Of a stretch of DNA of 64,000 bases, positions 25,175 through 37,652 are shown piece by piece. How positions within the stretch are numbered: the stretch's first letter is position 1; each line of letters opens with the position of its first letter. Position numbers and translations under genes: made by a program. Under the pieces are notes generated by a model that searched no databases, was not told the origin of the DNA, and saw only the letters and a program-made list of their open reading frames with translations. Origin of the DNA: an uncultured cyanobacterium (GTDB lineage: Bacteria; Cyanobacteriota; Cyanobacteriia; PCC-6307; Cyanobiaceae); assembly GCA_963697335.1 (NCBI GenBank), contig CAVONQ010000018.1:192001-256000 (forward strand), written 5' to 3'.

Positions 25175-26152
25175 TCAGGGCCGCAGGCTGGGCCGGGTGG
25201 CAGCGGCGGGGAGTCTCACCTGCTTGGCCAGACCCAGCCAGCGCATCAGGCGGATGTGCTGCCAGGTGAGGTCGACCTGGCGGCCGAAGCCATGGCGGGC
25301 CGAATGGGGGAAGGCATGGTGGTTGTTGTGCCAGCCCTCGCCGAAGGTGAGCGCGGCCACCCAGACGTTGTTGCGGGACTGATCGCCGCTGTCATGGGAC
25401 ACGCCACCCCAGCAGTGGGTGGCTGAGTTGACCAGCCAGGTGATGTGGTACACAACCACCAGGCGCAGCGGGATGCCCCACAGCACCAGGGCCCAGCCGC
25501 CGGCACCGCTGACCGTGCCGATCCAGAACAGCAGGCCGGCCAGGGGCAGCTGCAGCAGCAGGAACCAGTTGTTCAGCCAGCGGTAGTAGGGGTCACGGGC
25601 CAGGTCGCCGGTGAGGCGGGGGACCGAGGCCATGGCGGGAACGGTCTGGAACATCCAGCCCATGTGGCTCCACCAGAAGCCCTTGAGGCTGCTGTGGTGG
25701 TCGACGTCGGTGTCGGAGAACTTGTGGTGGTGGCGGTGCAGGCCCACCCAGTCGATCGGGCCGTGCTGGCAGCTGAGGGCGCCGCAGGTGGCGAAGAAGC
25801 GCTCCAGCCAGCGGGGCACGCTGAAGGAGCGGTGGCTCAGCAGGCGGTGGTAGCCGACGGTGACACCGAGGCAGGCCGTGACCCAATAGAGCACCAGGAA
25901 GCTGGCCACGGCGGGCAGGCTCCAGAAGCGGGGCAGCAGGGCGACGACGGCGAGGACGTGGAGAGCGCCCATGTAGGCCACGATGCTCCAGTTGATGCCC
26001 GGTGCGCTCTGGGGCGCGGCTGCGCCGCTCCGGGCTTGGCGCAGGGCCTCGGCCCGCTGCAGCCCCCGGCTGCCGCCGCTGATCGCGGCGGGCTGCCGGG
26101 TGCTGCGGGCACTGGGACGGGGGCGGGCTCGGCTGGAAGCTGTTGCGGTCAT
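25175..26152 (-). CDS. desC: Acyl-lipid delta-9 desaturase, paralogue 1
   Basis: His boxes HRLLSH, HRHHH, GEGWHNNHH; WLVNSATH. ATG at 26152 is the likely start. Confidence 0.93.
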   Translation of the reverse strand: MTATASSRARPRPSARSTRQPAAISGGSRGLQRAEALRQARSGAAAPQSAPGINWSIVAYMGALHVLAVVALLPRFWSLPAVASFLVLYWVTACLGVTVGYHRLLSHRSFSVPRWLERFFATCGALSCQHGPIDWVGLHRHHHKFSDTDVDHHSSLKGFWWSHMGWMFQTVPAMASVPRLTGDLARDPYYRWLNNWFLLLQLPLAGLLFWIGTVSGAGGWALVLWGIPLRLVVVYHITWLVNSATHCWGGVSHDSGDQSRNNVWVAALTFGEGWHNNHHAFPHSARHGFGRQVDLTWQHIRLMRWLGLAKQVRLPAAATRPSLRP

Positions 26153-26218
26153 AACGGACCGGTTCCTGATCACTAGCTAAGATGGTAGCAATACGAATCC
26201 AGATCGCAAGACATCACT

Positions 26219-27001
26219 GTGGGTTATCGGGATGACCTCGCGGCCGGGCGGGTGGCCTTTGCCCACCTCGTCCGCCTCTGGCACGGCCGTAACGGCTGGA
26301 GCCACCGCGTGCTGCCCGCCCTGGCCGAGGCCCTCGATCTCGGCCGCGTGCACAACTCCCAGCTGTCGATGCTGCGCAACGGCAAGCTCGCCTCCCCGGG
26401 GCCGGAGGTGTTCCTCGCCCTGGGGCGCATCAACCAGTTGTTGGCCACCGAGGTGGTGGATGGCGCCCTCTCAGAGGCGCTGCAGCAGCGGCTGGCCGAC
26501 CAGCCCTCCCTGCTGGCCGACCTGCAGGCCTCGGCCCTGCCGGTGCAGGAGCCTGGTGAGGCGGTGCTCGGCCCGGGGGAGTTGCTGGAGGTGTTCGTGG
26601 GTCTGCGCCATCCTCCGGCCGCCTTCGATCTGCGCATCGCCGAGGGCGAGGCCCTGGCCCTCAGTGCCGCCCTGGCTGAGCTGCTCACCGCCGGTCACCC
26701 CTGGCGGCTCTGCCGCGACACGGTGCTAGCCGCCTATCCGGTGAGTAAGCGCTCGCGGCGGGAGCGCTTCGCTGCGGTGATCGCCGGCCAGTGCGACTAC
26801 AGCGCCGCCGAGCTCGATGCCGAGTTGCCCGACCTGCGCCGCACCCTGGCGACCCTGGGCGGTGTGGAGGAGCAGCACCTGGCCCCGGCCCAGTTTCTCG
26901 ATCTGCTGCGCCAGCGGGCCCGCGGTCTCGGCAGCCTGGCGCCCGACCCCGGCGAGGCTGACCTCAGCGCGGCAATCCGCCAGCAGCTGGGCGTCCTCTG
27001 A
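26219..27001 (+). CDS. Hypothetical protein with a possible N-terminal XRE-type helix-turn-helix
   Basis: RNGWSHRVLPALA...VHNSQLSMLRNGKLASPG resembles an XRE HTH; coding-like codon bias. Confidence 0.7.
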   Translation: MGYRDDLAAGRVAFAHLVRLWHGRNGWSHRVLPALAEALDLGRVHNSQLSMLRNGKLASPGPEVFLALGRINQLLATEVVDGALSEALQQRLADQPSLLADLQASALPVQEPGEAVLGPGELLEVFVGLRHPPAAFDLRIAEGEALALSAALAELLTAGHPWRLCRDTVLAAYPVSKRSRRERFAAVIAGQCDYSAAELDAELPDLRRTLATLGGVEEQHLAPAQFLDLLRQRARGLGSLAPDPGEADLSAAIRQQLGVL

Positions 27002-27005
27002 TCGC

Positions 27006-27938
27006 TCAGGGGCGGTAGGCGGCCAGCCGCACCCGCCGTGCCCAGCCCAGGGCCCGCAGCAGGCGGATGTGCTGCCAGGTGATGTCCACTTCGAACCAGC
27101 GCAGGCCGTGGCGTGCCGAGTGGGGGAAGGCGTGGTGGTTGTTGTGCCAGCCCTCGCCGAAGCTGAGAATCGCCACCCACCAGCAGTTGCGGGAGCGGTC
27201 GGGGCAGTCGAAGTTGCGATAGCCGAAGGCGTGGGTGGCCGAGTTCACCAGCCAGGTCACGTGGTACACCAGCACCAGCCGCAGGGGGATCGCCCAGAGC
27301 ACCAGGCCCAGCCCGCCGCCATGGACCCCGGCCAGCTCTCCATAGGTGTACAGGGCGACGCCGAGGGGCACCTGCAGCAGCAGGAACCAGCGATCCAGCC
27401 AGCGGTAGAAGGGGTCGCGCTGCAGGTCCCCGGTGAGCCGCTCCACGTGCTCCAGGGCAGGGATCTGATGCAGCATCCAGCCGCTGTGGGCCCACCACAG
27501 GCCGCGGCCGGCGTCGTGGTGGTCGTTGGGCTGGTCGGAGAACTTGTGGTGGTGGCGGTGCAGGCCCACCCACTCGATCGGTCCGCTCTGGCAGGCCATG
27601 GCCCCCATCAGCACCAGGGTGCGCTCCAGCCAGGTGGGAGCGCTGAAACTGCGGTGGGTCACCAGCCTGTGCAGGCCAAGCGTCACGCCCAGCACGGTCA
27701 TCCAATAGAGGAAGGCCAGGGCGAGCACGGCCTGCCAGCTCCAGAACCTGGGCAGCAGGGCCACCACGGCCGCCACGTGCATCACCAGCATGAAGCCCGT
27801 GGTGCCCAGCTTGTAGCGCCGCTGCCGGGGTGGCAGGGGCTGGCGGCGCCTGCGCAGGCCAGCCAGCAGCTGGCGCTCCTGCTGGCTGTTGGCTGAGGGT
27901 GCTGGCAACAGAGGGGCGGGGTCGAGCTGAATCACCAA
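27006..27938 (-). CDS. desC: Acyl-lipid delta-9 desaturase, paralogue 2
   Basis: His boxes HRLVTH, HRHHH, GEGWHNNHH. Confidence 0.93.
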   Translation of the reverse strand: MVIQLDPAPLLPAPSANSQQERQLLAGLRRRRQPLPPRQRRYKLGTTGFMLVMHVAAVVALLPRFWSWQAVLALAFLYWMTVLGVTLGLHRLVTHRSFSAPTWLERTLVLMGAMACQSGPIEWVGLHRHHHKFSDQPNDHHDAGRGLWWAHSGWMLHQIPALEHVERLTGDLQRDPFYRWLDRWFLLLQVPLGVALYTYGELAGVHGGGLGLVLWAIPLRLVLVYHVTWLVNSATHAFGYRNFDCPDRSRNCWWVAILSFGEGWHNNHHAFPHSARHGLRWFEVDITWQHIRLLRALGWARRVRLAAYRP

Positions 27939-28074
27939 GAGCGTGGGAGGCGGAAGTGGGCGGCGCGGCGGCGGTGCACCCCTGCGCGGCCGGGCCGAGC
28001 TGGGGGTCTGCGGAGGCCGTAAGCCGTTGGACGTCTGTGTCCGGCTCCCGAGTCAGGGAATCTAGACGGGCAAC

Positions 28075-29358
28075 ATGGGAGCCCCACCAGCCCCAGCGAT
28101 GACCAACCTCTGCTGGGCCCGCGACCAGCTCGATGGCGCCAGTGCCCGCATCGCCCCCTTCGCCGAGCGTCACACCGCCGGCGTGCAGCCCCGGCTGGAG
28201 CGGGTGCTGGCGGCCCTGGCGGCGGAGCGGGTGGGGGTGCAGCACTTCGCCTCGGTGAGTGGCTATGGCCATGGCGACCAGGGCCGCGAGGTGCTCGATC
28301 GGGTCTTCGCCCGGGTGCTGCAGGCCGAGGCCGCCGCCGTGCGGCTGCAGTTCGTCAGTGGCACCCACGCCATCGCCGCAGCCCTGTTCGGCGTGCTCCG
28401 CCCGGGGGATCGGCTGCTCTCCCTCACCGGTCGCCCCTACGACACCCTCGAGGAGGTGATCGGCCTGCGCGGGACGGGCCAGGGCTCCCTGGCGGAGTTC
28501 GGCGTCCGCTACGCCGAAGTGCCCCTCAGCGCTGCAGGCCGGGTGGATCCAGAGGCGGTGGACCTGGCCCTGGGCGAACCGACACGGATGGTGCTGATCC
28601 AGCGCAGCTGTGGCTACAGCTGGCGGCCCTCCCTGTCGCTGACGGAGATCGCTGAGCTGGCCGAGCGGGTGAAGCGGCGCCAGCCCGACTGTGTGGTGTT
28701 CGTGGACAACTGCTACGGCGAATTGGTGCAGGAGCAGGAGCCCACCGCCGTGGGAGCCGATCTGATCGCCGGCTCCCTGATCAAGAACCTGGGGGGCACG
28801 ATCGCCCCCACCGGTGGCTACGTGGCCGGCCGCGCCGAGCTGGTGGAGCTGGCCTGCTGCCGGCTCACCGCCCCGGGCATCGGCGCCGAGGGTGGCACCA
28901 GCTTCGACCTCAACCGTCTGGTGTTTCAGGGGCTGTTTCTGGCGCCCCAGATGGTGGCGGAGGCCCTGATCTGCAGCGAGCTGGTGGCCCAGGTGTTCAG
29001 TGACCTCGGCTACGCCACCCAGCCGCGCCCCGGGGAGTCGCGCAGCGATGTGATCCAGGCGGTGCGGCTCGGCTCCCCCGGGCGGCTGGCCACGGTGTGC
29101 CGCGCCTTTCAGGCCGCTTCCCCGGTGGGCTCCTACCTCGATCCGGTGCCGGCGCCGATGCCCGGCTACGCCAGTGAGCTGGTGATGGCGGGCGGCACCT
29201 TCATCGATGGCAGCACCAGTGAGTTCTCCGCCGATGCCCCGCTGCGGGAGCCCTACGTGCTGTTTGCCCAGGGCGGCACCCACCGGGCCCATGCCCGCAT
29301 CGCCCTGGAACGGGCCCTGGCGGCCCTCGCCGAATCCGGACACGGTCCTCCAGACTGA
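28075..29358 (+). CDS. Methionine gamma-lyase family / aluminium-resistance (YnbB-like) PLP enzyme
   Basis: GYGHGDQGR, FVSGTHAI, PYDTLEEVIG, IQRSCGY, VDNCYGE, AGSLIKNLGG. Confidence 0.93.
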   Translation: MGAPPAPAMTNLCWARDQLDGASARIAPFAERHTAGVQPRLERVLAALAAERVGVQHFASVSGYGHGDQGREVLDRVFARVLQAEAAAVRLQFVSGTHAIAAALFGVLRPGDRLLSLTGRPYDTLEEVIGLRGTGQGSLAEFGVRYAEVPLSAAGRVDPEAVDLALGEPTRMVLIQRSCGYSWRPSLSLTEIAELAERVKRRQPDCVVFVDNCYGELVQEQEPTAVGADLIAGSLIKNLGGTIAPTGGYVAGRAELVELACCRLTAPGIGAEGGTSFDLNRLVFQGLFLAPQMVAEALICSELVAQVFSDLGYATQPRPGESRSDVIQAVRLGSPGRLATVCRAFQAASPVGSYLDPVPAPMPGYASELVMAGGTFIDGSTSEFSADAPLREPYVLFAQGGTHRAHARIALERALAALAESGHGPPD

Positions 29359-29385
29359 CGCCCACTGTCCAGCCCCCCGCGTGCG

Positions 29386-29775
29386 ATGGCGCTCTCCTAC
29401 CCCAGCGACTGTCGCTATGCCGACAGCCACGAATACGTGCGCCCCGATGGCGATAACGTGCGCCTGGGGCTGAGCGCCTTCGCCATCGACCAGCTCGGCG
29501 ACATCGTGTTCGTCGAACTTCCTGCGGTGGGGGATGAGCTCACCCGGGGCCAGAGCTGCGGCAGCATCGAGTCGGTGAAGGCGGTTGAAGACCTGCTGGC
29601 CCCCATCTCCGGTGTGGTGCAGGCCCGCAACGAGGCCGTGATCGCCAGCCCCGAGGAACTGCAGAACGATCCCTACGGCGAGGGCTGGTTGCTGCTGCTG
29701 CAGCCCAGCGAGCCGGCCCAGCTGGACGACCTGCTGGAGGCACCGGCCTATGCCGCCAAGGTGGAGGGCCACTGA
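29386..29775 (+). CDS. gcvH: Glycine cleavage system H protein
   Basis: [20 protein letters not shown] lipoyl-Lys, DPYGEGW. Confidence 0.98.
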   Translation: MALSYPSDCRYADSHEYVRPDGDNVRLGLSAFAIDQLGDIVFVELPAVGDELTRGQSCGSIESVKAVEDLLAPISGVVQARNEAVIASPEELQNDPYGEGWLLLLQPSEPAQLDDLLEAPAYAAKVEGH

Positions 29776-29777
29776 CC

Positions 29778-32837
<3,060 letters not shown>

Positions 32838-33003
32838 GTGCCCATGGCGCACACTGGCGTCATCGGACCATCCAAGGCAAAAGGTTTTCTTTAGAATTGG
32901 GCCATTGCATTTCCGGCCAGATCTGTTGCAACTGCCATTCAACGGCTTCGGTTCAGTTCCGGAGCAGGCCTAGGCCCACTCCGCCATCCATCGTCTGGGG
33001 CTC

Positions 33004-33333
33004 ATGAGCGATCACGACAGCAACGACGGCCGCAGCACTGACGGCCGCAGCACTGACGGCCAGGGCCGCAGCGCCGGCCCGCCGACCGCAGCGACCCCTG
33101 CCCTGAAGCTGGCCAGCGTCAAGACCAGCCCCGGCCAACCCGCCTCCCGCCCGCTGATCAGCTCCGGCGGCCGCAGCGTGGGCCCGGTGGAGGGCACCAA
33201 CGTGGTGCGCGTGCCCTTCGGCGTGCGGCAGGCCCGCCGCAGGCGCCCCGAGCGCCCGGACCACTGGGCCACCCTGGTGCTCCCCTTCCACGCCGTCGGC
33301 GGCGACCCCACCCCGCCCCCGCAGGCGGCCTGA
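33004..33333 (+). CDS. Small conserved hypothetical protein
   Basis: C-terminal NVVRVPFG...RRPERPDHWATLVLPF...PTPP. Upstream TAGAAT -10-like box at 32892 and a downstream hairpin. Confidence 0.7.
   Translation: MSDHDSNDGRSTDGRSTDGQGRSAGPPTAATPALKLASVKTSPGQPASRPLISSGGRSVGPVEGTNVVRVPFGVRQARRRRPERPDHWATLVLPFHAVGGDPTPPPQAA
33025..33061 (+). repeat. 15-bp in-frame tandem repeat (DGRST x2 plus a partial copy)
   Basis: GACGGCCGCAGCACT at 33025 and 33040, partial at 33055. Confidence 0.9.
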
Positions 33334-33334
33334 G

Positions 33335-33359
33335 CCTCCCAGGCCAAAGGCCTGGGAGG
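33335..33359. terminator. Perfect 11-bp hairpin between convergent genes
   Basis: CCTCCCAGGCC-AAA-GGCCTGGGAGG, 2 nt after the stop at 33333; no U tract. Confidence 0.7.
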
Positions 33360-33387
33360 ACCGGAGTTGAGGGTCAGGGCTGAAGGA

Positions 33388-35241
33388 TCAGTAGTTGGAG
33401 CCCGTGCGCCGCTGGTGCACCGCCGTGGTGCCCTCCGGGTCGAGCACGCCACCCTCCTGGGCCTGGGCATAGATCAGCCAGTGATCGCCGCATTCCATCC
33501 GCTGCTGCACCGTGGCCTCCAGCCACGCCAGGGCCTCCGGCAGCACGGGTTGTCCGGCGGGGGTGTGCTCCAGGTCCAGCCCGGCGAAGCGATCGGCACC
33601 GGGGCTGAAGGGCTTCAGAAACCGCTTCATCGCCCCCGTTTCACGCCCGGCGGCCAGCACGTTGAGGGCGAACCGGTCGCCGATGTGCAGCAGCCCCTCC
33701 ACAGCCCTGTCCTTGGCCACCGCCACGGTGAACCCGGGTGGGTTGAAGCTGGCCTGACTCACCCAGCTGGCCACCATGGCGCCCCCCAGACCGGCACTGT
33801 CATCGGCACTCTTCTGGGCCGTGAGCACGCACAGGGAGCCCACCACCCGACCGAGAGCCTTGAGGGCCGGATCGCTGCGGCTCTCGTGCAGGCCGCCGCC
33901 GCCACTGCGCCGCTCCTGGCGCTTCCTGGCGTTCTGCAGTTCGCGGCCCAGGGCGGTGCCGGTCTCCTCGATGGTCTTCAGGGTCAGGGCATCCGGGCTG
34001 AACTTCACCTTGATCGGCGCGAACGCGAACTGGAAGCCGCCATCCCGCAACTTGCCCTCCAGCAGATCCAGCGCCTCTCCGCTCCAGCCAAAGCTGCCGA
34101 ACACGCCCACGGGCTTGGATCGGTCGCCCTCGGCCAGCACCGTGCCCAGGGCCGCCACGATCGGTGTAGGCGCATGGCCGCCCAGGGTGGGTGAGCCGAT
34201 CAGCAGGGCATCGCAGGAGCGGATCGCCGCCTGCAGCTGATCCGGCTCGCTGAACTCGCAGTTGATGCTCTCCACCCGCACGCCGGTGCGGGAAACGCCC
34301 CGGGCCAGGCCATCGGCGATGGTGGCGGTGTTGCCATAGGCACTGGCGTAGAGCAGCGCCACCGACAGCCTCGATCGGTTCTGGCCCTCTCCCCAGCGGC
34401 GATAGTCGGCCAGCAGGCTGCGCCAGCTCTCGGCGATGGCAGGGCCGTGGAATGGGGCGATCGTTCGAATCGGCAGTTCGTCGATCCGATCGAGAACGGT
34501 TTCCACCTGCCGGGCCATGGGGGCCATCAGGCAGTCGTAGAACCAGCGCCGATCCTCCTCCGTGCTGCTGCGGTTGGCCTCGTCGAACCTCTCCTGGCAG
34601 ATGTGGGCGGAGAAGAACTTGCTGCTCATCAGCAGGCCCGTGCTCTCCTCGAACGCCATCAGGGCGCCGGGCCAGCGGGGGGTGGGGGCGGGAATCAGGC
34701 GCAGCTGCAGCCCCCCGGCCAGGGGGCGGCTCGCCTCCTGCTTCACCACATCGATCGGCGGCTGGGGCGGCAGCGCTGCCAACTCCGGGGCGCCGGGAGC
34801 CGGCGGACGCCGCTGATCCCAGAGCTCGCGCACCAGCTTGGCCCCGGCATTCGAGGCCACCAGGGCCAGGTTCGGCCAGCGGGCCGCCAGGGCCCGCATC
34901 AGTTCCACCCGGTTGGGGTTCACCACCCCCACCACCACCTTCAGCGCCTCCTGGCTCGGCACCAGCTCCGCCAGGGCAGCAAAGAAGGGTTCGGCATAGG
35001 TCATGCCCGGCGGATGGATCAGCACCGGTGGCACGCTGCGGCCGCCGCTGGAGCTGCCCTGCAGGAACAGGAAGCTGTTGGCCGTGGTGCCCCGTTCCAG
35101 GCCGTACTCCACCTCGAAGCGCGAACGGCGGGGACTCAGCCCCCGCAGGCACACCAGAGTGGGCTCCAGACGGATCACCAGCACGCGGCGCTCGGCTGCT
35201 GGGGCAGCCGGGGCGGGTGATCCGCTGATCGAGGTTGTCAT
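33388..35241 (-). CDS. flv1: Flavodiiron protein, Flv1 type (non-canonical iron ligands)
   Basis: Beta-lactamase-like domain with VVNPNR in place of HxExDH, flavodoxin domain (YASAYGNT), flavin reductase domain (MVASWVSQ, GDH). Confidence 0.88.
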   Translation of the reverse strand: MTTSISGSPAPAAPAAERRVLVIRLEPTLVCLRGLSPRRSRFEVEYGLERGTTANSFLFLQGSSSGGRSVPPVLIHPPGMTYAEPFFAALAELVPSQEALKVVVGVVNPNRVELMRALAARWPNLALVASNAGAKLVRELWDQRRPPAPGAPELAALPPQPPIDVVKQEASRPLAGGLQLRLIPAPTPRWPGALMAFEESTGLLMSSKFFSAHICQERFDEANRSSTEEDRRWFYDCLMAPMARQVETVLDRIDELPIRTIAPFHGPAIAESWRSLLADYRRWGEGQNRSRLSVALLYASAYGNTATIADGLARGVSRTGVRVESINCEFSEPDQLQAAIRSCDALLIGSPTLGGHAPTPIVAALGTVLAEGDRSKPVGVFGSFGWSGEALDLLEGKLRDGGFQFAFAPIKVKFSPDALTLKTIEETGTALGRELQNARKRQERRSGGGGLHESRSDPALKALGRVVGSLCVLTAQKSADDSAGLGGAMVASWVSQASFNPPGFTVAVAKDRAVEGLLHIGDRFALNVLAAGRETGAMKRFLKPFSPGADRFAGLDLEHTPAGQPVLPEALAWLEATVQQRMECGDHWLIYAQAQEGGVLDPEGTTAVHQRRTGSNY

Positions 35242-37040
35242 CAGTAGTGGTTGCCCACCTTGCGGTGGTGCACGGCGGTGGTGGCCTCAGTGTCGGCCAC
35301 GTTGCCCTCCTCCACCTCGGCGTAGATGATCCAGTGATCAGGCCCCTCCATGCGCTGGGACACCCGGCAGCCCAGGAAGGCCAGGGCATCACCGAGCACC
35401 GGCCCGCCCGCGGCGGCGCCCTCCACGGTGGCCACACCGGCGAAGCGGTCGGCCCCGGGCGGGAAGCGCTTGAGGAAGTGGCGCAGCAGCTGCTGGTGGT
35501 TGTCCTCGCGCAGGATGTTGAGCACAAAGCGATCACCCACCTGGAGCAGGGATTCGATCGCTCGGTCCTTGGCCACGGCCACGGTGAGGCCGGGCGGCTC
35601 AAAGCTGGCCTGGCTCACCCAGCTGGCCACCATGGCGCTGCTGAGGCTGCCGCCCTCCTCGGTGGTCTGCTGGGCGGTCACCACGTAGAGCCCGCCGCTG
35701 AGGCGGCCCAGGGCCTTGTCCAGGTCGCCGTCTATGGCCTTCATGGCCGCGATCGTGCGGGCCTTGGTGAGCAGCTGGCCCAGGTCCGTGCCGGCCTCCT
35801 CACAGCGCTGGTAGTCGTCCGCCTGGGGCACCTGGCGGATCCGAAGGGGCTCGAAGGCGGGCTTCTGGCCGAGGCTGCGCAGCCGGGAGGCCACGGTGTC
35901 GATCGGCTCGTCGTTGCCGCCGAAGGCGTCGTAACAGGCCACCCATTGCTTCGGTTTGATCGCGGCCAGCAGGGTGCCGATCGAGGCCTGCAGCTCGGCG
36001 TCAGGGCTGGCGGGCCAGGTGGGCACCACCACGGCCGTGGCCTCCCCCACCAGGGCGCTGAGCTCCTGGGCATCGGTGGCGCGCAGATCCACCAGCTGCA
36101 CCTGGGCCCCCGCCTTGCCGATGCCGCGGGCGATGGCCTGGCTGAGGCGGTCACAGAAGCCGTACTGGCTCACGTAGCAGACGGCCGCATAGGACTCGCC
36201 GGCGCTGCGGTCGCTGCTCCAGTCGCGGTAGTCGTTCAGCCAGAGGCTGAGGTGGTGGCGCAGCAGCGGGCCGTGGCCCACGGCAACCGTGTTGATCTCC
36301 GGCAGGCTCTCCATGCGCTTGAGGGCCTGCAGCACGCTGCGGGCATTGGGGCCCATCAGGCAGTCGTAATAGAAGCGGAAGTCCGGGGCGATGGCGCCGG
36401 GGTCGCTGTCATAGAGGTCGTTGGAGCAGTAGTGCAGCCCGAAGGCATCGCAGGTGTAGAGGGTGCCGGTGCCGTGGTCGAAGGAGAAGATCGTGTCGGG
36501 CCAGTGCAGATTCGGCGCACTCAGGAAGGAGAAGCGGTGCTCGCAGCCGCTCTCGGGGTTGGTGCCCAGCTGGAGCTCATCGCCGCTCTTGACGGCGCGG
36601 CTCTTGAAGGGCCGGTGCACCTGATCCTGCAGGAACTGGATCGCCACCTTGGAAGCCACGATCAGGATCTCGGGGTTGCGATCGATCAGGTGGCCGATCA
36701 GGCCCGAGTGGTCGGGCTCGGTGTGCGACACGATCAGGTAGTCGATCGCGGCCGGATCGATCTGCTCCTCCAGCAGGGGCAGCCAGGTGTCTGCGAACTT
36801 CAGGTGGCTGGTGTCCACCAGGGCCGTCTTGGCACCGCGCACCAGAAAGGCGTTGTAGGTGGTGCCGTTGCGCAGCCCGAACTCGATGTCAAAGCGGCTG
36901 CGATCCCAGTCGAGGGAGCGGATCGCGGTGGTGTCGGCGGCGATGGTCTCGCACTGGAGGCTGAGGCGCGGCGATCCGGAGGTAGGGGCAGGAGCACCAG
37001 CGGGGCGGGCCTCGGTGGACGGGGAGGTGACAGCTGCCAT
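35241..37040 (-). CDS. flv3: Flavodiiron protein, Flv3 type (canonical diiron site)
   Basis: GTTYN, SHTEPDH, LHWPD, CDAFG, GHG plus flavodoxin and flavin reductase domains; TGATG coupling to flv1. Confidence 0.9.
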   Translation of the reverse strand: MAAVTSPSTEARPAGAPAPTSGSPRLSLQCETIAADTTAIRSLDWDRSRFDIEFGLRNGTTYNAFLVRGAKTALVDTSHLKFADTWLPLLEEQIDPAAIDYLIVSHTEPDHSGLIGHLIDRNPEILIVASKVAIQFLQDQVHRPFKSRAVKSGDELQLGTNPESGCEHRFSFLSAPNLHWPDTIFSFDHGTGTLYTCDAFGLHYCSNDLYDSDPGAIAPDFRFYYDCLMGPNARSVLQALKRMESLPEINTVAVGHGPLLRHHLSLWLNDYRDWSSDRSAGESYAAVCYVSQYGFCDRLSQAIARGIGKAGAQVQLVDLRATDAQELSALVGEATAVVVPTWPASPDAELQASIGTLLAAIKPKQWVACYDAFGGNDEPIDTVASRLRSLGQKPAFEPLRIRQVPQADDYQRCEEAGTDLGQLLTKARTIAAMKAIDGDLDKALGRLSGGLYVVTAQQTTEEGGSLSSAMVASWVSQASFEPPGLTVAVAKDRAIESLLQVGDRFVLNILREDNHQQLLRHFLKRFPPGADRFAGVATVEGAAAGGPVLGDALAFLGCRVSQRMEGPDHWIIYAEVEEGNVADTEATTAVHHRKVGNHY

Positions 37041-37136
37041 GGACACCCTCGGGAAGAAAGATGACTGTAGGTAACGCCAGCGGAAGGCTGACTCGGTCGG
37101 TCGCACCCTCCGTTGTCGCCGCAGACACCTGACGCT

Positions 37137-37652
37137 TCACAGCCAGTACCAGGCGCTGAAGCGGGCGGCCTGGCCCCGGGGGCTGCCGTTGGCGTCCCGC
37201 AGGGTCCACAGCCGGGCCCCCTCAATCCGGAAACGGCGCCCCTGGCTGTCGATCCTCACCCCGCCATAGCCGCTGATGGCCTCCGCCGCCTGGGCCTGGC
37301 GCAGCGCCTGCTGCCGGCTGCTGCGCTCCTGGGGTTCGGCGGTCAACTTGGAGGGCAGGCCCACCATCTCCGCCCAGCGCCGGCGCCACAGCCCCAGGGC
37401 GCTGCGGTTGGCATAGATCAGCCGGGGGCCGGGATCGAGGCCTGGGTCGGCGCCGTCATGGGCGAGCACCGGAGCTGGATAGGCGAACAGGGCCTGGGCC
37501 CGCTGCAGCGGCGGGGCATCCGCAGCCAGGCCCGCCAGCAGGGGTCTGCCCAAGGCCCTGCGGTGGGAGTCGAGGATCCAGAGGACGGTCTCCAGGGCGG
37601 TCGGCTGCAGCCAGCCGGCCAGAACGTTCGGCTGCGCCTGGGAGTGGGGCAT
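37137..37652 (-). CDS. MEKHLA (PAS-like) domain protein
   Basis: AQALF..P..VLAH...P...YAN..AL.LW, GLPSKLTAE, Y.GVRIDSQGRRFRI, GQAA.F. Confidence 0.92.
   Translation of the reverse strand: MPHSQAQPNVLAGWLQPTALETVLWILDSHRRALGRPLLAGLAADAPPLQRAQALFAYPAPVLAHDGADPGLDPGPRLIYANRSALGLWRRRWAEMVGLPSKLTAEPQERSSRQQALRQAQAAEAISGYGGVRIDSQGRRFRIEGARLWTLRDANGSPRGQAARFSAWYWL

Noticed and set aside
29340..29390. Glycine riboswitch upstream of gcvH
   Set aside because: The intergenic gap is only 27 bp, with no aptamer motifs.
33025..33061. Short tandem repeats here and at 54429-54463 as a CRISPR array
   Set aside because: Only two adjacent copies, no spacers and no cas genes.
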